Part shown: positions 1 through 9,796 of the stretch, in pieces
Layout: each line of letters begins with the position of its first letter
Position numbering within the stretch: the first letter of the stretch is position 1
Assembly (NCBI GenBank): GCA_039799905.1
Contig: JBDLRP010000021.1
Location: 160,001 to 224,000 of the forward strand
Length of the DNA stretch: 64,000 nt
Direction of reading: 5' to 3'
Origin: Pseudomonadota bacterium
GTDB taxonomy: Bacteria; Bdellovibrionota_B; Oligoflexia; Silvanigrellales; Silvanigrellaceae
Notes under the pieces: generated by a model
Seen by the model: the letters and a program-made list of their open reading frames with translations, nothing else
The model's database searches: none
Told to the model about the DNA's origin: nothing
Translations under genes and position numbers: made by a program

Positions 1-2
1 TT

Positions 3-815
3 TCGCGGATTGCAGCCGGAGCGCGGAAGCCGGAAAACGTGGTGGGCATGCACTTCTTTTCACCGGTCCCGAAAATGCCGCTGGTGGAGATCATCACAAC
101 AGCAAAAACCTCTCCGAGAGCAGGCAGTGCCGCGTTCGAGATCGCCAACAAAATGGGGAAAAACATCATTGTCGTGAAAGATGGCCCCGGATTTTACACA
201 ACCCGGATTCTCGCCTTCTTAATTGCAGAGGCTTTGAATATTCTCAGCGAGGGCGCAAGCATCGAATCTATTGACTCGGCCCTCGAAAAATTCGGCATGC
301 CGGTGGGTCCGATCACGCTGCTTGACGAAGTGGGTATCGACGTTGGCGCGCACATTATAACGGTTCTCAATGAAGCATTCGCAGACCGGCTGCAGATACC
401 GCCCGAGCTGTCGGCAATCATTGCCGAGGATCGCAAGGGACGCAAAAACGGCCGCGGGTTTTATACCTACGTCGACGGCAAAAAAGACAAGCCCGATGCG
501 AGCGTCTACAAGCACCTCAAACACGGCGATGACCGCAAGCAATTCGACCAAAAAGACATTGCCGACAGGTGCATGTACGTCTTCATGAATGAGGCGGCGC
601 GCTGCCTTGATGAAGGCATCATCGACAGCACCGACGTAGGCGACCTGGGCGCGATATTCGGGCTTGGATTCCCGCCCTTTCTCGGTGGCCCGTTCCATCA
701 TGCCCAGCAAATTGGATATGCCCGTGTCTCGCAAACGCTGGCGCAAATGTCAGACAAATACGGAGCGCGTTTCGCACCGGCGGCGCACTGGGCAAGAGCT
801 GCACGTTCGGGGTGA
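3..815 (+). CDS. fadJ: C-terminal part of fatty-acid oxidation multifunctional enzyme alpha subunit (3-hydroxyacyl-CoA dehydrogenase), truncated by window start
   Basis: Frame is open from base 3 (SRIAAGARKPENVVGMHFFSPV). Motifs GMHFFSPVPKMPLVE, VKDGPGFY, GMPVGPITLLDEVGIDV, GRKNGRGFY and GAIFGLGFPPFLGGPF are typical of FadJ/FadB/HADHA. Confidence 0.85.
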   Translation, partial: SRIAAGARKPENVVGMHFFSPVPKMPLVEIITTAKTSPRAGSAAFEIANKMGKNIIVVKDGPGFYTTRILAFLIAEALNILSEGASIESIDSALEKFGMPVGPITLLDEVGIDVGAHIITVLNEAFADRLQIPPELSAIIAEDRKGRKNGRGFYTYVDGKKDKPDASVYKHLKHGDDRKQFDQKDIADRCMYVFMNEAARCLDEGIIDSTDVGDLGAIFGLGFPPFLGGPFHHAQQIGYARVSQTLAQMSDKYGARFAPAAHWARAARSG

Positions 816-916
816 AACTGACGCTCCGAGCAGGGTGGCTGCGGGAATGAGGCAGGTGTTCCGATACCGAAAGCGGAAATGGCAAATGTGTCAGTGAATT
901 CAGATGGAGTTGAATC

Positions 917-1927
917 GTGCTGTTGAGATATTCACGACATAGATTAATACGCCGGGCACTGGCGGGCTGCGCGCTGGCAATAGCCGCGACTGCCTGCGAG
1001 ACTCCACCAACGCAGGTAAACACCGCCGTTCCTATTACATGGGGCGAGGGTGGGTCTCTTAAACTGGCACCACAGTCGGACATGGGCGCAAACCCGTGGC
1101 GAAAGATTGTCGTCCTCAGCCGCGGTGTGCTGACCATCGGGCTGCAGTCGCACACTAATGCGGGGCAGGTAAGGCTCAACGTGCGCAGTGAAAATGGCCG
1201 TCGCAGCATTTTTCAAAAAGACATCGAGCTCGCGCCGAAGTCGCCCGTGAACGTGACTCTCAATGTTGACGCCGGAACATATTTTATGGTCCTCGAACCA
1301 CTGCAGGAGCAACTCCTGAACGTTGCCATAGCAGCACGTTTCCAGCCCGAAGATCCCGATGCTTTGTCCGGCCCAGACAAGAGCCGTGAGGGAGCACAGC
1401 TGCTCGTCAACGCGCAAGCAAAAGAGGGAGCGGTCAGCTACCGCGACAGCAACCGGACTGACTGGTACAAATACGACGTCGCAACCTCCGAAACGCTCAA
1501 ATTCAGATTCCAGACTTCAGAACAAACCAGAGGCGTTCGTGCCGAGTGCATTACCCCGACCGGACTGAGTTTCGAACTGACGGGACAGGACAAATTGGTC
1601 GTGCGTGAACCAGGCAGCGTCTGGGTTCGCGTTTATGCCGAACAAGCCGATTCAGGCGGAGGATATAAAATCTCTGCGGAAAGCTCGCCGATGGTCGGCA
1701 GCGAACGCAAGGGAATCATCCTCAAATACAATTCAAATACCGCGACCATCAACATGGGAACCGACGACGGTGTCCGCGAAGGATTGAAGGGCTACGTGCA
1801 ACGTCCTGACGGCGGACTGATTGATTTTGTGATCGAAAAAGCCCTGCACAGAAGCTCGACTGCCAGATCCAAAAACAACTTCGCTGAAGTCGATTTGAAT
1901 CTGACAGTCCATTTCGAGAAAAACTAA
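917..1927 (+). CDS. Putative lipoprotein with PPC-like beta-sandwich domains and a FlgT-C-like C-terminal module
   Basis: GTG start after GGAG. Basic N-terminus, hydrophobic stretch and lipobox ATAC. GAVSYRDSNRTDWYK resembles PPC domains; C-terminal ATINMGTDDGVREG pattern. Confidence 0.6.
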   Translation: MLLRYSRHRLIRRALAGCALAIAATACETPPTQVNTAVPITWGEGGSLKLAPQSDMGANPWRKIVVLSRGVLTIGLQSHTNAGQVRLNVRSENGRRSIFQKDIELAPKSPVNVTLNVDAGTYFMVLEPLQEQLLNVAIAARFQPEDPDALSGPDKSREGAQLLVNAQAKEGAVSYRDSNRTDWYKYDVATSETLKFRFQTSEQTRGVRAECITPTGLSFELTGQDKLVVREPGSVWVRVYAEQADSGGGYKISAESSPMVGSERKGIILKYNSNTATINMGTDDGVREGLKGYVQRPDGGLIDFVIEKALHRSSTARSKNNFAEVDLNLTVHFEKN

Positions 1928-2596
1928 TCAGTCGATTTTTGCAGACTCAATCACAATCGGAGTGACGGGAACATCGCCGTGCATACCAAAGTTTGATGTC
2001 TTGCTCTTGGCAATAGTGTCAACCACTGCCATGCCGTCGGTGACCTTTCCAAAAACGGTGTAACCGCCATTGTTCGGGAAATCGAGATACGGGTTGTCGA
2101 CCAAGTTGATGAAGAATTGCGCCGTCGCCGAGTTGGGATCAGCTGTACGCGCCATGGCGAGCGTTCCGCGGACATTCTTCAAGCCATTTGAGGCCTCAGA
2201 CTTGACCGGTGCCTTGGTTGATTTCTGGGTCATCTTTTCATCGAATCCGCCGCCTTGAATCATGAACTTGTCGATCACGCGGTGGAAAATAGTCTTGTCG
2301 TAGTGACCTGCCTTCACATAGCCGACAAAGTTTTCGACTGTGGCCGGTGCTTTTTCCTTGTCGAGTTCGATCTTGATTGTTCCCTTGTTGGTGACCATCG
2401 TCACCATCACAACTGCTGGATTCACTTTCTTCACCTCTTTCGTTTTGCTCTTTTCCTTCTTGACTTCTTTGGCTGCCTTTTTTCCGGAGCCGTCCGGACT
2501 TTGCTCGGTCTTTTGCTCATTTGCAAACGCAACTGCGGCAAAGAGCATGCTGCCCGCAATCACAACCGACTTTGAAAACACTCTTCTTGAAAGCAT
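1928..2596 (-). CDS. ppiA: Exported cyclophilin-type peptidyl-prolyl cis-trans isomerase
   Basis: Motifs APATVENF, FHRVIDKFMIQGGG, GTLAMART, SATAQFFIN, GYTVFGKV. ATG at 2596 follows AAGGAG (the ORF track starts at 2617). Signal peptide MLSRRVFSK...AVAFA. Confidence 0.92.
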   Translation of the reverse strand: MLSRRVFSKSVVIAGSMLFAAVAFANEQKTEQSPDGSGKKAAKEVKKEKSKTKEVKKVNPAVVMVTMVTNKGTIKIELDKEKAPATVENFVGYVKAGHYDKTIFHRVIDKFMIQGGGFDEKMTQKSTKAPVKSEASNGLKNVRGTLAMARTADPNSATAQFFINLVDNPYLDFPNNGGYTVFGKVTDGMAVVDTIAKSKTSNFGMHGDVPVTPIVIESAKID

Positions 2597-2660
2597 GAAA
2601 TCCTCCTTGGTTTTCACTCAATCTACCGCTTCACAATGAAAGCAGGGAATGTGCGATCCA

Positions 2661-4607
2661 TCAATTCTGATTGACGTCAATTCCCCAAAATACGCCACAT
2701 TCCTCTTTGACCAGCGCGGCAAAAGCCTGCGGTGACATGGCCTCACGATTCTTGCCGTCGCGGAAACGTGGAGTCACCGTTCTGTGTTCAACTTCTTTGT
2801 CGCCAATCACAAGCATGTATGGAATCTTGCTGACCTGCGCCTCGCGAACTTTGGCTGACAGAGTGTCGTTGCTGAAGTCGGTGTCAACACGTACACCCGC
2901 AGCAAAGAGCTGCTGGCGCACTTGCTCGCCCCACTCCACGCAAGACTCTTTCACTGTCACGATGCGCGCTTGAAGCGGCGTAAGACCGAGCGGAAAATGT
3001 CCTGCGGTGTGTTCGATGAAGACGCCCATAAAGCGTTCGACGGAACCGAGAACTGCGCGGTGAATCATCACCGGCACCTCAGGTTTGTTGCCTGCCGAAA
3101 CGTAAGAAGCTCCAAGCCTGCCCGCTGTCTGGAAGTCGAGCTGAATCGTCGCGCACTGATGAAACCGGCCGATGGCATCCTTGACCTTGATGTCGATTTT
3201 GGGACCGTAAAAGGCCCCGTCTCCCGGGTTCAGAATGTAGTCGATTCCCTCGCCTTTGAGCGCCTCGACGAGCGCATTCTCGGCGGTGTCCCACAACTCT
3301 TCCGCACCGACGCGCTTTTCGGGACGCGTCGAAAGATAAAATCTGACCTCTTCAAACGTCAGGTCGCGATAGGCCTCGCGCACAAAGCGCAGGGCGAGCT
3401 TCATCTCATTTTGAATTTGATCGGGTGTGCAAAAGATATGTCCATCGTCCTGCGTAATCCTGCGCACACGTGTTAGTCCGTGGACTGTTCCGCTCAACTC
3501 GTTGCGGTGCACAACGCCAAATTCGGCATAGCGCAGCGGCAGCTCGCGATAGCTGCGAAGTCCGGTCTGGAAGACCTTGACGTGCGCCGGACAGCTCATC
3601 GGCTTGATTGCATACTGCTGCTCATCGACTTCCGTGAAGTACATATTTTCGCGGTAGTTGTCGTAGTGACCGCTCATCTTCCAAAGGTCGACGTTCATCA
3701 CCTGCGGCGTGTGGATCTCGCGGAAACCGAACTCTGCCTGCTTCCGGCGGATATAATTTTGCAGCAGCACAAACAGCTTTGCACCGTTGGGTAAAAAGAA
3801 CGGTGCGCCGACCGCAGATTCAGGGATCAACGCGAAGAGTTCCAACTGACGGCCGAGCAGAACGTGGTCGCGTTTTTTGGCTTCCTCGAGCATGTGCAGA
3901 TAGGCGTCGAGATCTTTTTTGTTGGCCCAAGCGGTTCCATAAATGCGCGTCAGCTGATCGTTGTCTTTGTTGGCACGCCAATAGGCTCCGGCAATGCTCA
4001 TCAGCTTGAATGCACCCAGCTTGCCGGTGCTCGGCACGTGAGGACCGCGGCAGAGGTCGCCCCAGCCGCCCATTTCATAAATTTTAATCGCCTGATCAGC
4101 CGGAATATCCTGCACAATTTCAGCTTTGAACTTTTCGCCTAGCTTGAGGAAATGTTGCGTCGCCTCATCACGCGAGACAACCCGCGGCGCGACTTTGAAG
4201 TCTTTGGCGACAATCTCCTGCATCTTTTTTTCGATTGCCTCAAAATCGTTTGAACTGATTTTGATGCCCTCGGGAGGCTTCACGTCGTAATAAAACTGGT
4301 TCTCGACCACCGGACCGATGGTGATTTGCGTCCCCGGGAAAACGTCTTGAATTGCCATTGCCATCAGGTGCGCCGTGGAGTGACGAATCACTTCAAGACC
4401 TTCTTGAGAATTTGCGACGACAATTTCAACCTTCTCGCCTCCGTTGAGCGGAGCGCTGAGGTCGGACAACTGGCCGTTGATCTTTCCGGCCACCGCGCTG
4501 CGTGCCAGACCGGGGCCGATGTTGGCGGCAAGGTCCGCAATTGTGCAGGGTGACGGCAATGAGCGTGTCGAGCCATCGGGAAGTGAAACGCTGATCTGTG
4601 TGCTCAA
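2661..4607 (-). CDS. thrS: Threonine--tRNA ligase
   Basis: TGS domain, RHSTAH, DLCRGPH, KPMSCPAH, GLTRVR, GAFYGPK, HRAVLGSVERF and anticodon-binding domain. TTG start with GGAGG SD. Confidence 0.98.
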   Translation of the reverse strand: MSTQISVSLPDGSTRSLPSPCTIADLAANIGPGLARSAVAGKINGQLSDLSAPLNGGEKVEIVVANSQEGLEVIRHSTAHLMAMAIQDVFPGTQITIGPVVENQFYYDVKPPEGIKISSNDFEAIEKKMQEIVAKDFKVAPRVVSRDEATQHFLKLGEKFKAEIVQDIPADQAIKIYEMGGWGDLCRGPHVPSTGKLGAFKLMSIAGAYWRANKDNDQLTRIYGTAWANKKDLDAYLHMLEEAKKRDHVLLGRQLELFALIPESAVGAPFFLPNGAKLFVLLQNYIRRKQAEFGFREIHTPQVMNVDLWKMSGHYDNYRENMYFTEVDEQQYAIKPMSCPAHVKVFQTGLRSYRELPLRYAEFGVVHRNELSGTVHGLTRVRRITQDDGHIFCTPDQIQNEMKLALRFVREAYRDLTFEEVRFYLSTRPEKRVGAEELWDTAENALVEALKGEGIDYILNPGDGAFYGPKIDIKVKDAIGRFHQCATIQLDFQTAGRLGASYVSAGNKPEVPVMIHRAVLGSVERFMGVFIEHTAGHFPLGLTPLQARIVTVKESCVEWGEQVRQQLFAAGVRVDTDFSNDTLSAKVREAQVSKIPYMLVIGDKEVEHRTVTPRFRDGKNREAMSPQAFAALVKEECGVFWGIDVNQN

Positions 4608-4730
4608 AAGACAGTCCTCCGGACAAACAAATGCTGGAACAGGCAGCCAATGGTTTATGACAGGGACAAGCGGCGCGCAATAAGCGCAGCGGATGATCCC
4701 CGCGGAGGGATGGGGAAGCTGATTGCGCTC

Positions 4731-5219
4731 TTACGTTTGCTTCATCTTTTTGAGCAGCAAACTGCGATGCCTGTCCAGCAGCCCTTCCAACTGCCCGATC
4801 TGCTGATCATCGAACCAACCCACCTCCAAAATTTCGCTCGATTGCAAAACCCAAAGCTCGGAAGTGTCGGATGTCACCCGAACTCCGGCCTCGTATATAA
4901 GTTCAAGCATCGGGAATTTCGCGCTTACGCAGGAGTCTACTAACATTAATGGCAAGTCTGCTTCCTGACACTGCCAGCGCAGCTCTTCTGCAAGCTCGCG
5001 GCGCAGTCCTGCTTCAGGTACTTCGGGCCACGTGACAAGGCCGCCCGGAAGGCCCCATGGGCGCACGCGGCCGCGGTGCTTGAGAAGGCAAATGCGTCCT
5101 TGTGGGTCGCGCAGGAGAACCAGACAGCCAACAGTCCAACGTGGCCCGAACCAACGCAACCAGAAACGCGTAAAAAATGCATTTATTTGACGCAAAAAAA
5201 TCATACCTTCCCCGACCAA
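4731..5219 (-). CDS. NUDIX hydrolase
   Basis: Nudix box GGLVTWPEVPEAGLRRELAEE. The start could be the ATG at 5204. Confidence 0.8.
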   Translation of the reverse strand: MVGEGMIFLRQINAFFTRFWLRWFGPRWTVGCLVLLRDPQGRICLLKHRGRVRPWGLPGGLVTWPEVPEAGLRRELAEELRWQCQEADLPLMLVDSCVSAKFPMLELIYEAGVRVTSDTSELWVLQSSEILEVGWFDDQQIGQLEGLLDRHRSLLLKKMKQT

Positions 5220-5371
5220 CCGAGCGGAATCGAACCTGAAACGGTTGCGCGGTTTTGCGGGACAAAAACATGCAACGCAACAGAGGACTCGTAGACACTG
5301 AATTGATTCGTCCTAGTTTACCATGTAAACCAAGGGTCCCGTGTCAATCATGAATTTGCGGAGGTCTTCGC

Positions 5372-6325
5372 ATGGACTCATCTCGTCTCGTTTTGCTTTT
5401 TCCCGGCCAAGGTAGTCAGTCCATTGGCATGGGTCGGGAACTGGCCGACAACTTTTCAGAGTATCGCGAGGCACTCACCGAAGCGTCGGATGCCCTCGGC
5501 TATTCGATGGAAAAGCTTTGTTTCGAGGACACTCAAAAGCAACTCAATCTGACTGAATTCACCCAGCCGGCTTTGTTGGCCAGCAGCGTCGCAACCTATC
5601 GAGTTCTCAAGGCCCGCGCACAACTGGGGTCGCCCTTGGCTGTCGCCGGACATAGCCTCGGCGAATACTCGGCGCTCGTTTGTGCAGGCGCAATTGGTTT
5701 TGCGGATGCGCTGAAAGCAGTGCGTTTCCGCGGACAGGCGATGCAGCGGGCAGTGCCCGTGGGTGTCGGCGCCATGGCAGCCTACGTCGGGACGCAGGTC
5801 GAAAAGATCGTTGCGATTTGCCGTGAGATTAGCACTCCGGCGCAGTGCGTTGAACCAGTCAACTTCAATTCACGCTCGCAAGTCGTCCTTAGCGGACACA
5901 AGAATGCTGTCGATGCAATTGTTGCGCGCATCGGTGCGGAAAAACTCGGTCGCGGCCTGCCCTTGCCCGTCAGCGCACCCTTCCACTCAAGCCTGATGCA
6001 ACCAGCAGCACGGGAAATGCAGGACTACCTTGAGACTGTAGCGATGAACGCCCTGACTTCCCCCATTTATGCCAACGTAGATGCGAAAAAATATTCGGCT
6101 GGGGAATACTCACGCCTGCACCTCGTAAAGCAGATCGCCAGTGCGGTTTTGTGGACACAAACCCTCGACGGGATTGCAGCCACCGAACAACCCACTCTGT
6201 GGTTGGAAGTTGGGCCGGGCACCGTTTTGCAGGGGCTTTGCAAGAAAACTCTCGACAATGCCGCAACAGCAGGTACACAGGACGCTGAAGCGGTGAAATC
6301 CGTCCTGAGTGCATTCGGAGCCTGA
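5372..6325 (+). CDS. fabD: Malonyl-CoA:ACP transacylase
   Basis: FPGQGSQ, TQPAL, GHSLGEY, RGQAMQ, LPVSAPFHS, EVGPG; GGAGG SD. Confidence 0.97.
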   Translation: MDSSRLVLLFPGQGSQSIGMGRELADNFSEYREALTEASDALGYSMEKLCFEDTQKQLNLTEFTQPALLASSVATYRVLKARAQLGSPLAVAGHSLGEYSALVCAGAIGFADALKAVRFRGQAMQRAVPVGVGAMAAYVGTQVEKIVAICREISTPAQCVEPVNFNSRSQVVLSGHKNAVDAIVARIGAEKLGRGLPLPVSAPFHSSLMQPAAREMQDYLETVAMNALTSPIYANVDAKKYSAGEYSRLHLVKQIASAVLWTQTLDGIAATEQPTLWLEVGPGTVLQGLCKKTLDNAATAGTQDAEAVKSVLSAFGA

Positions 6326-6330
6326 CAAAC

Positions 6331-7149
6331 GTGGCAAAACTGAAATCAGCTGAAGACATCCAAATGATGCGGGCCGCCGGTCGCCTTGCAGCAGAAACAC
6401 TGCGGCACGTTGGACAATTTGTTCGAGCCGGCATCTCGACCGAAGAAATCAACGCAATTGTGCACGATTATATCGTTGCACGCGGCGCATATCCGAGCCC
6501 TTTAAACTACAAGGGCTTTCCCAAATCAGTGTGCACCAGCATCAACGATGTCATCTGTCACGGCATTCCGCATCCCGATGTAAAACTCGCCGAGGGAGAC
6601 ATCATCAATATCGACGTTACTGTGACGTTGAACGGCTATTTTGGAGACACTTCACGCACATTTTACGTCGGTTCCGAAATTCCGGCCGAACGCAGGCTCG
6701 TGACGGAAACGTCATCAGAATCGTTGGCAAGGGCGCTCGCCGTCTGCCAACACGGCGTGCGAGTGGGCGACATTGGTCATGCCATTCAGAGTTTTGCCGA
6801 ATCCAAAGGCTGCAGCGTCGTGCGCGACTTTGTCGGACATGGGATCGGACGTGTGTTTCACGAAGAGCCCGCAATCACTCATTACGGACGTGAGGGTACC
6901 GGTTCGAAACTCGTGCGCGGAATGTGTTTCACAATTGAACCAATGATAAACGGCGGTGATTGGCGCAGCAAGGTTCTTAAAGATGGTTGGACGGCCGTCA
7001 CGCCGGACGGAAAACCAAGCGCACAATTTGAACATACCATTGCTCTTGTCGGCGACGGACTCGAAATTCTCACCGCCCTGCCCGACGATCCTATCGCCCT
7101 TCGCGCCCGTGAGCTTGGTGCAAAAATTCTTTGGCCAGAGCTTGTTTAA
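6331..7149 (+). CDS. map: Methionine aminopeptidase type I
   Basis: SPLNYKGFPKSVCTSINDVICHGIP, DVTV...GDTSRT, GHGIG..FHEEP, TIEPMIN, SAQFEHT. Confidence 0.97.
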   Translation: MAKLKSAEDIQMMRAAGRLAAETLRHVGQFVRAGISTEEINAIVHDYIVARGAYPSPLNYKGFPKSVCTSINDVICHGIPHPDVKLAEGDIINIDVTVTLNGYFGDTSRTFYVGSEIPAERRLVTETSSESLARALAVCQHGVRVGDIGHAIQSFAESKGCSVVRDFVGHGIGRVFHEEPAITHYGREGTGSKLVRGMCFTIEPMINGGDWRSKVLKDGWTAVTPDGKPSAQFEHTIALVGDGLEILTALPDDPIALRARELGAKILWPELV

Positions 7150-7264
7150 CTAGCTCTGCAGCCGGCCTTCCAACCTTACCGACTCATCAGAACACTGTGC
7201 TCGCGCACGAAGTGCAATCCAATTAAAAGTCTTTTGTCCTGACAAAACAACAAGGAGAAAAGAC

Positions 7265-7816
7265 ATGAGCAACATAGATGTGTGGAGAAACCGCTCAATC
7301 GTTCCTTCGCGTTTTCTTGGTTCGCCGGTTTCATCGGGTTTTTTTCGCCGAATGGATAGGCTGCTTGAGGATTTCATGAATGAATTCTCAGAATTCGGAG
7401 TGCGCGAGGGTGCAATGCAATCTTATGAACCACCATGCGATCTCATCGAAGGTGACAACGAATATCACATCTGCATCGACCTTCCCGGCATGCACGCCAA
7501 AGACGTCAACGTCGAAGTGACGGGAAACACAATCATCGTTTCAGGCGAGCGCAAATCGGAGCGAAAAGGGGAGCGCGCGGGAGCGCAATACCACGAAAGG
7601 CGAGTCGGTTCTTTTGAGCGAAGAATTTCTCTACCTGAACATATCAACAGCGAGAAAATACAAGCGCACTTCGAAGCGGGCGTATTGACACTCAATTTGC
7701 CCAAGAGCGGTCAGGCACAGAAAAAGAAAATTAATATTATCGAATCAGCGCACACTGGAGAAATAAAAATCGAAGGCAAAAAAGAGACCGCCGGAGAACA
7801 CAAAAAATCCGCGTAG
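7265..7816 (+). CDS. Small heat-shock protein (Hsp20/alpha-crystallin)
   Basis: DLPGM, VSGERK, ERRVGSFERRISLP, A.FEAGVLTLNLPK, C-terminal IxI (KKINI); AAGGAG SD. Confidence 0.93.
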   Translation: MSNIDVWRNRSIVPSRFLGSPVSSGFFRRMDRLLEDFMNEFSEFGVREGAMQSYEPPCDLIEGDNEYHICIDLPGMHAKDVNVEVTGNTIIVSGERKSERKGERAGAQYHERRVGSFERRISLPEHINSEKIQAHFEAGVLTLNLPKSGQAQKKKINIIESAHTGEIKIEGKKETAGEHKKSA

Positions 7817-7832
7817 CGCAGGGAGGTCGAAA

Positions 7833-8339
7833 ATGGCAGGGCTACTCCGTCAGCAAAAGACTATTGTGGTTGCAGCTTTCCTTTTCTCGTCGTGCGCCAC
7901 CGTAACAGCTAGCCCAGCCGCACCGCAGGGGCCGTCGATGATGGGCGGCTGGCACTACCGCGGCGCCTACGGGCAAATGTACTTCACTGGGAAAGACGTC
8001 ACCCTGCAGGGAACAGTTGTAGAAACAAATGAATTCGTTCCGCGTCCGCGCATGATGCGCGGACGACAGATCATACTGCAAACAACAGACGGCAAAATTA
8101 ATGTTCACTTGGGACCCGAGTGGTACGTGCGTGAGCAAGACTTCAAACTCAAGACGGGTGAACGGGCGGAGATCCGGGGTAAATTGATTGGCGAAGGCGC
8201 GGCGGCATTCGTGGTCGCTTCGCAAGTCAGTCAGGGAGGACAAACGTGGGTCCTGCGCGACAGTGAAGGAATTCCATTTTGGTGCGCGATGCGGGGTTCA
8301 ATGCCCCCAACGGAGGCAACGCCAAAACCGGTAAAATGA
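7833..8339 (+). CDS. Putative lipoprotein with OB-fold domain (MamS/MamX C-terminal-like family)
   Basis: Lipobox-like LFSSC. Pattern TLQGTV...VHLGPEWY...GERAEIRG...LRDSEGIPFW recalled from this family; GGAGG SD. Confidence 0.55.
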   Translation: MAGLLRQQKTIVVAAFLFSSCATVTASPAAPQGPSMMGGWHYRGAYGQMYFTGKDVTLQGTVVETNEFVPRPRMMRGRQIILQTTDGKINVHLGPEWYVREQDFKLKTGERAEIRGKLIGEGAAAFVVASQVSQGGQTWVLRDSEGIPFWCAMRGSMPPTEATPKPVK

Positions 8340-8393
8340 AAATTTTGTAAATGATTTGTGAAACTTGTTATCTGATATAAGTATTACAAAAAT

Positions 8394-8426
8394 ACCGTAT
8401 TGACGGGGCTTATACGGTTTGATACT
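8394..8426 (+). promoter_or_regulatory. Candidate promoter with palindromic operator (ACCGTAT-N11-ATACGGT) overlapping a TTGACG -35
   Basis: ACCGTAT at 8394-8400, ATACGGT at 8412-8418, TTGACG at 8400-8405, within an AT-rich intergenic region upstream of the nuclease. Confidence 0.45.
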
Positions 8427-8491
8427 CCACCGTCCGGCTGTTAAAAGTGTGTCGCCAAGACACTCATTTATTGAACGACCGGAGGTTTTGC

Positions 8492-9757
8492 ATGTTTTCA
8501 TGGCGCCCGAGTTCCGTGTCCCAGATCCGCAAGCCTCTGCTTCTTGCTTTAGGAACTGCACTTCTGACAGCAACGCCAGCTCTGGCACGCAACCGCGGAC
8601 ACGGCAGAGGCCCTTCCGCACCCCATGCGGGCGCGACAACGCCCAGAACTCCCTCGTCATCGAATCCATCTGCCGCAGTGAATGCACAAGGATGCAGTGC
8701 ACAGGGCGTTGTGAATATCGCAACCTACAACGTTGAAAATTTCTGGGATGACGTCGATTCGAATTCAGGTACTGCTACCTACAACGAGTACCAAAAAGGC
8801 GGATCCAACTGGTACGCCGAACAAATGTACAAAGTGAAAGCGCAGAAACTTGTTGATGCACTGCGTATGGCGGGAACTCCTGATGTCGTCGCGATGCAGG
8901 AAATCGAAAGTGCCAACAACTCAAGCCGTTCACTTGAAATACTTAAGCCATACGCTGAATCCCTTGGATACAAATACTTTGCACTTGGACAGCAAAACTC
9001 CAAGCAGCCTGTGTCCGTGACGACTGCGGTGATGAGCAAATTTCCAATCACAGAGAATCGCAGTCTCGATTTCAGCGTCCGCGAAAGTCAATTCTCCGGC
9101 TCCGGCCGCGAATCGGAATCTGTCGATGAACTCAACTCCTCTGCACGCGATCCGCAGGTTGTGACTATCGACATCCACGGCAAACCGCTGCGCCTTTACA
9201 CCGCTCACTGGAAGAGCCGTCGCGGCGATCAGAGCATAGGCAACACGATGCGTATGGCCGTTGCCCAACTCATCAAAGCGGATGTTGATGCGCAAAGAGA
9301 GAAAAATCCTGAGCTCGATATCCTCGTAATGGGTGACTTCAACTCAGACTACAACGAATCACCCTTGCAGGACGGAATGAATTCGAGCGACGACAAGAAC
9401 AACATCCGCCAAGACGCAGCAAGCGACAAAATGTACAACCTTTGGTTTGAACTACCGTCCGCAGAGCGCTGCTCCTACATGCACGACGGGCAGTTGCAAT
9501 GCCTCGACCACATGCTGACCAGTGCCAGCCTGTTTGACGGCAAAGGCATCGACCTCATCGAAAACAGTTTCCACGTTGTCGGCCACAATGGCGGCGAAGC
9601 TGCTCAAAAACTTTTGCGCAACGACGGCCGCACTCCAAACCGCTGGGGAATGCAAAAGAACAGCGGCAAGAGTTACTTCACCGGCACCGGATATTCGGAT
9701 CATCTGCCGCTGATGGCCTCTTTCAAGCTGCCCAGCCTTTGTAAACCGACGCGTTAA
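8492..9757 (+). CDS. Secreted endonuclease/exonuclease/phosphatase (EEP) family nuclease
   Basis: TYNVENFWD, MQEIE, HWKSR, MGDFN, LDH, YSDHLP. Signal peptide LLLALGTALLTATPALA; ATG at 8492 after GGAGG (ORF track starts at 8447). Confidence 0.88.
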   Translation: MFSWRPSSVSQIRKPLLLALGTALLTATPALARNRGHGRGPSAPHAGATTPRTPSSSNPSAAVNAQGCSAQGVVNIATYNVENFWDDVDSNSGTATYNEYQKGGSNWYAEQMYKVKAQKLVDALRMAGTPDVVAMQEIESANNSSRSLEILKPYAESLGYKYFALGQQNSKQPVSVTTAVMSKFPITENRSLDFSVRESQFSGSGRESESVDELNSSARDPQVVTIDIHGKPLRLYTAHWKSRRGDQSIGNTMRMAVAQLIKADVDAQREKNPELDILVMGDFNSDYNESPLQDGMNSSDDKNNIRQDAASDKMYNLWFELPSAERCSYMHDGQLQCLDHMLTSASLFDGKGIDLIENSFHVVGHNGGEAAQKLLRNDGRTPNRWGMQKNSGKSYFTGTGYSDHLPLMASFKLPSLCKPTR

Positions 9758-9796
9758 TTTTCCCCGAACTGCACACTGGCTTGGACTTTCACGCAC

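Noticed and set aside
7150..7264. CIRCE or ROSE element upstream of Hsp20
   Set aside because: No TTAGCACTC-N9-GAGTGCTAA and no SD-pairing hairpin found.
7833..8339. MamS/MamX-like domain as a sign of magnetosome genes
   Set aside because: No other mam genes are present, and the domain also occurs in non-magnetotactic bacteria.
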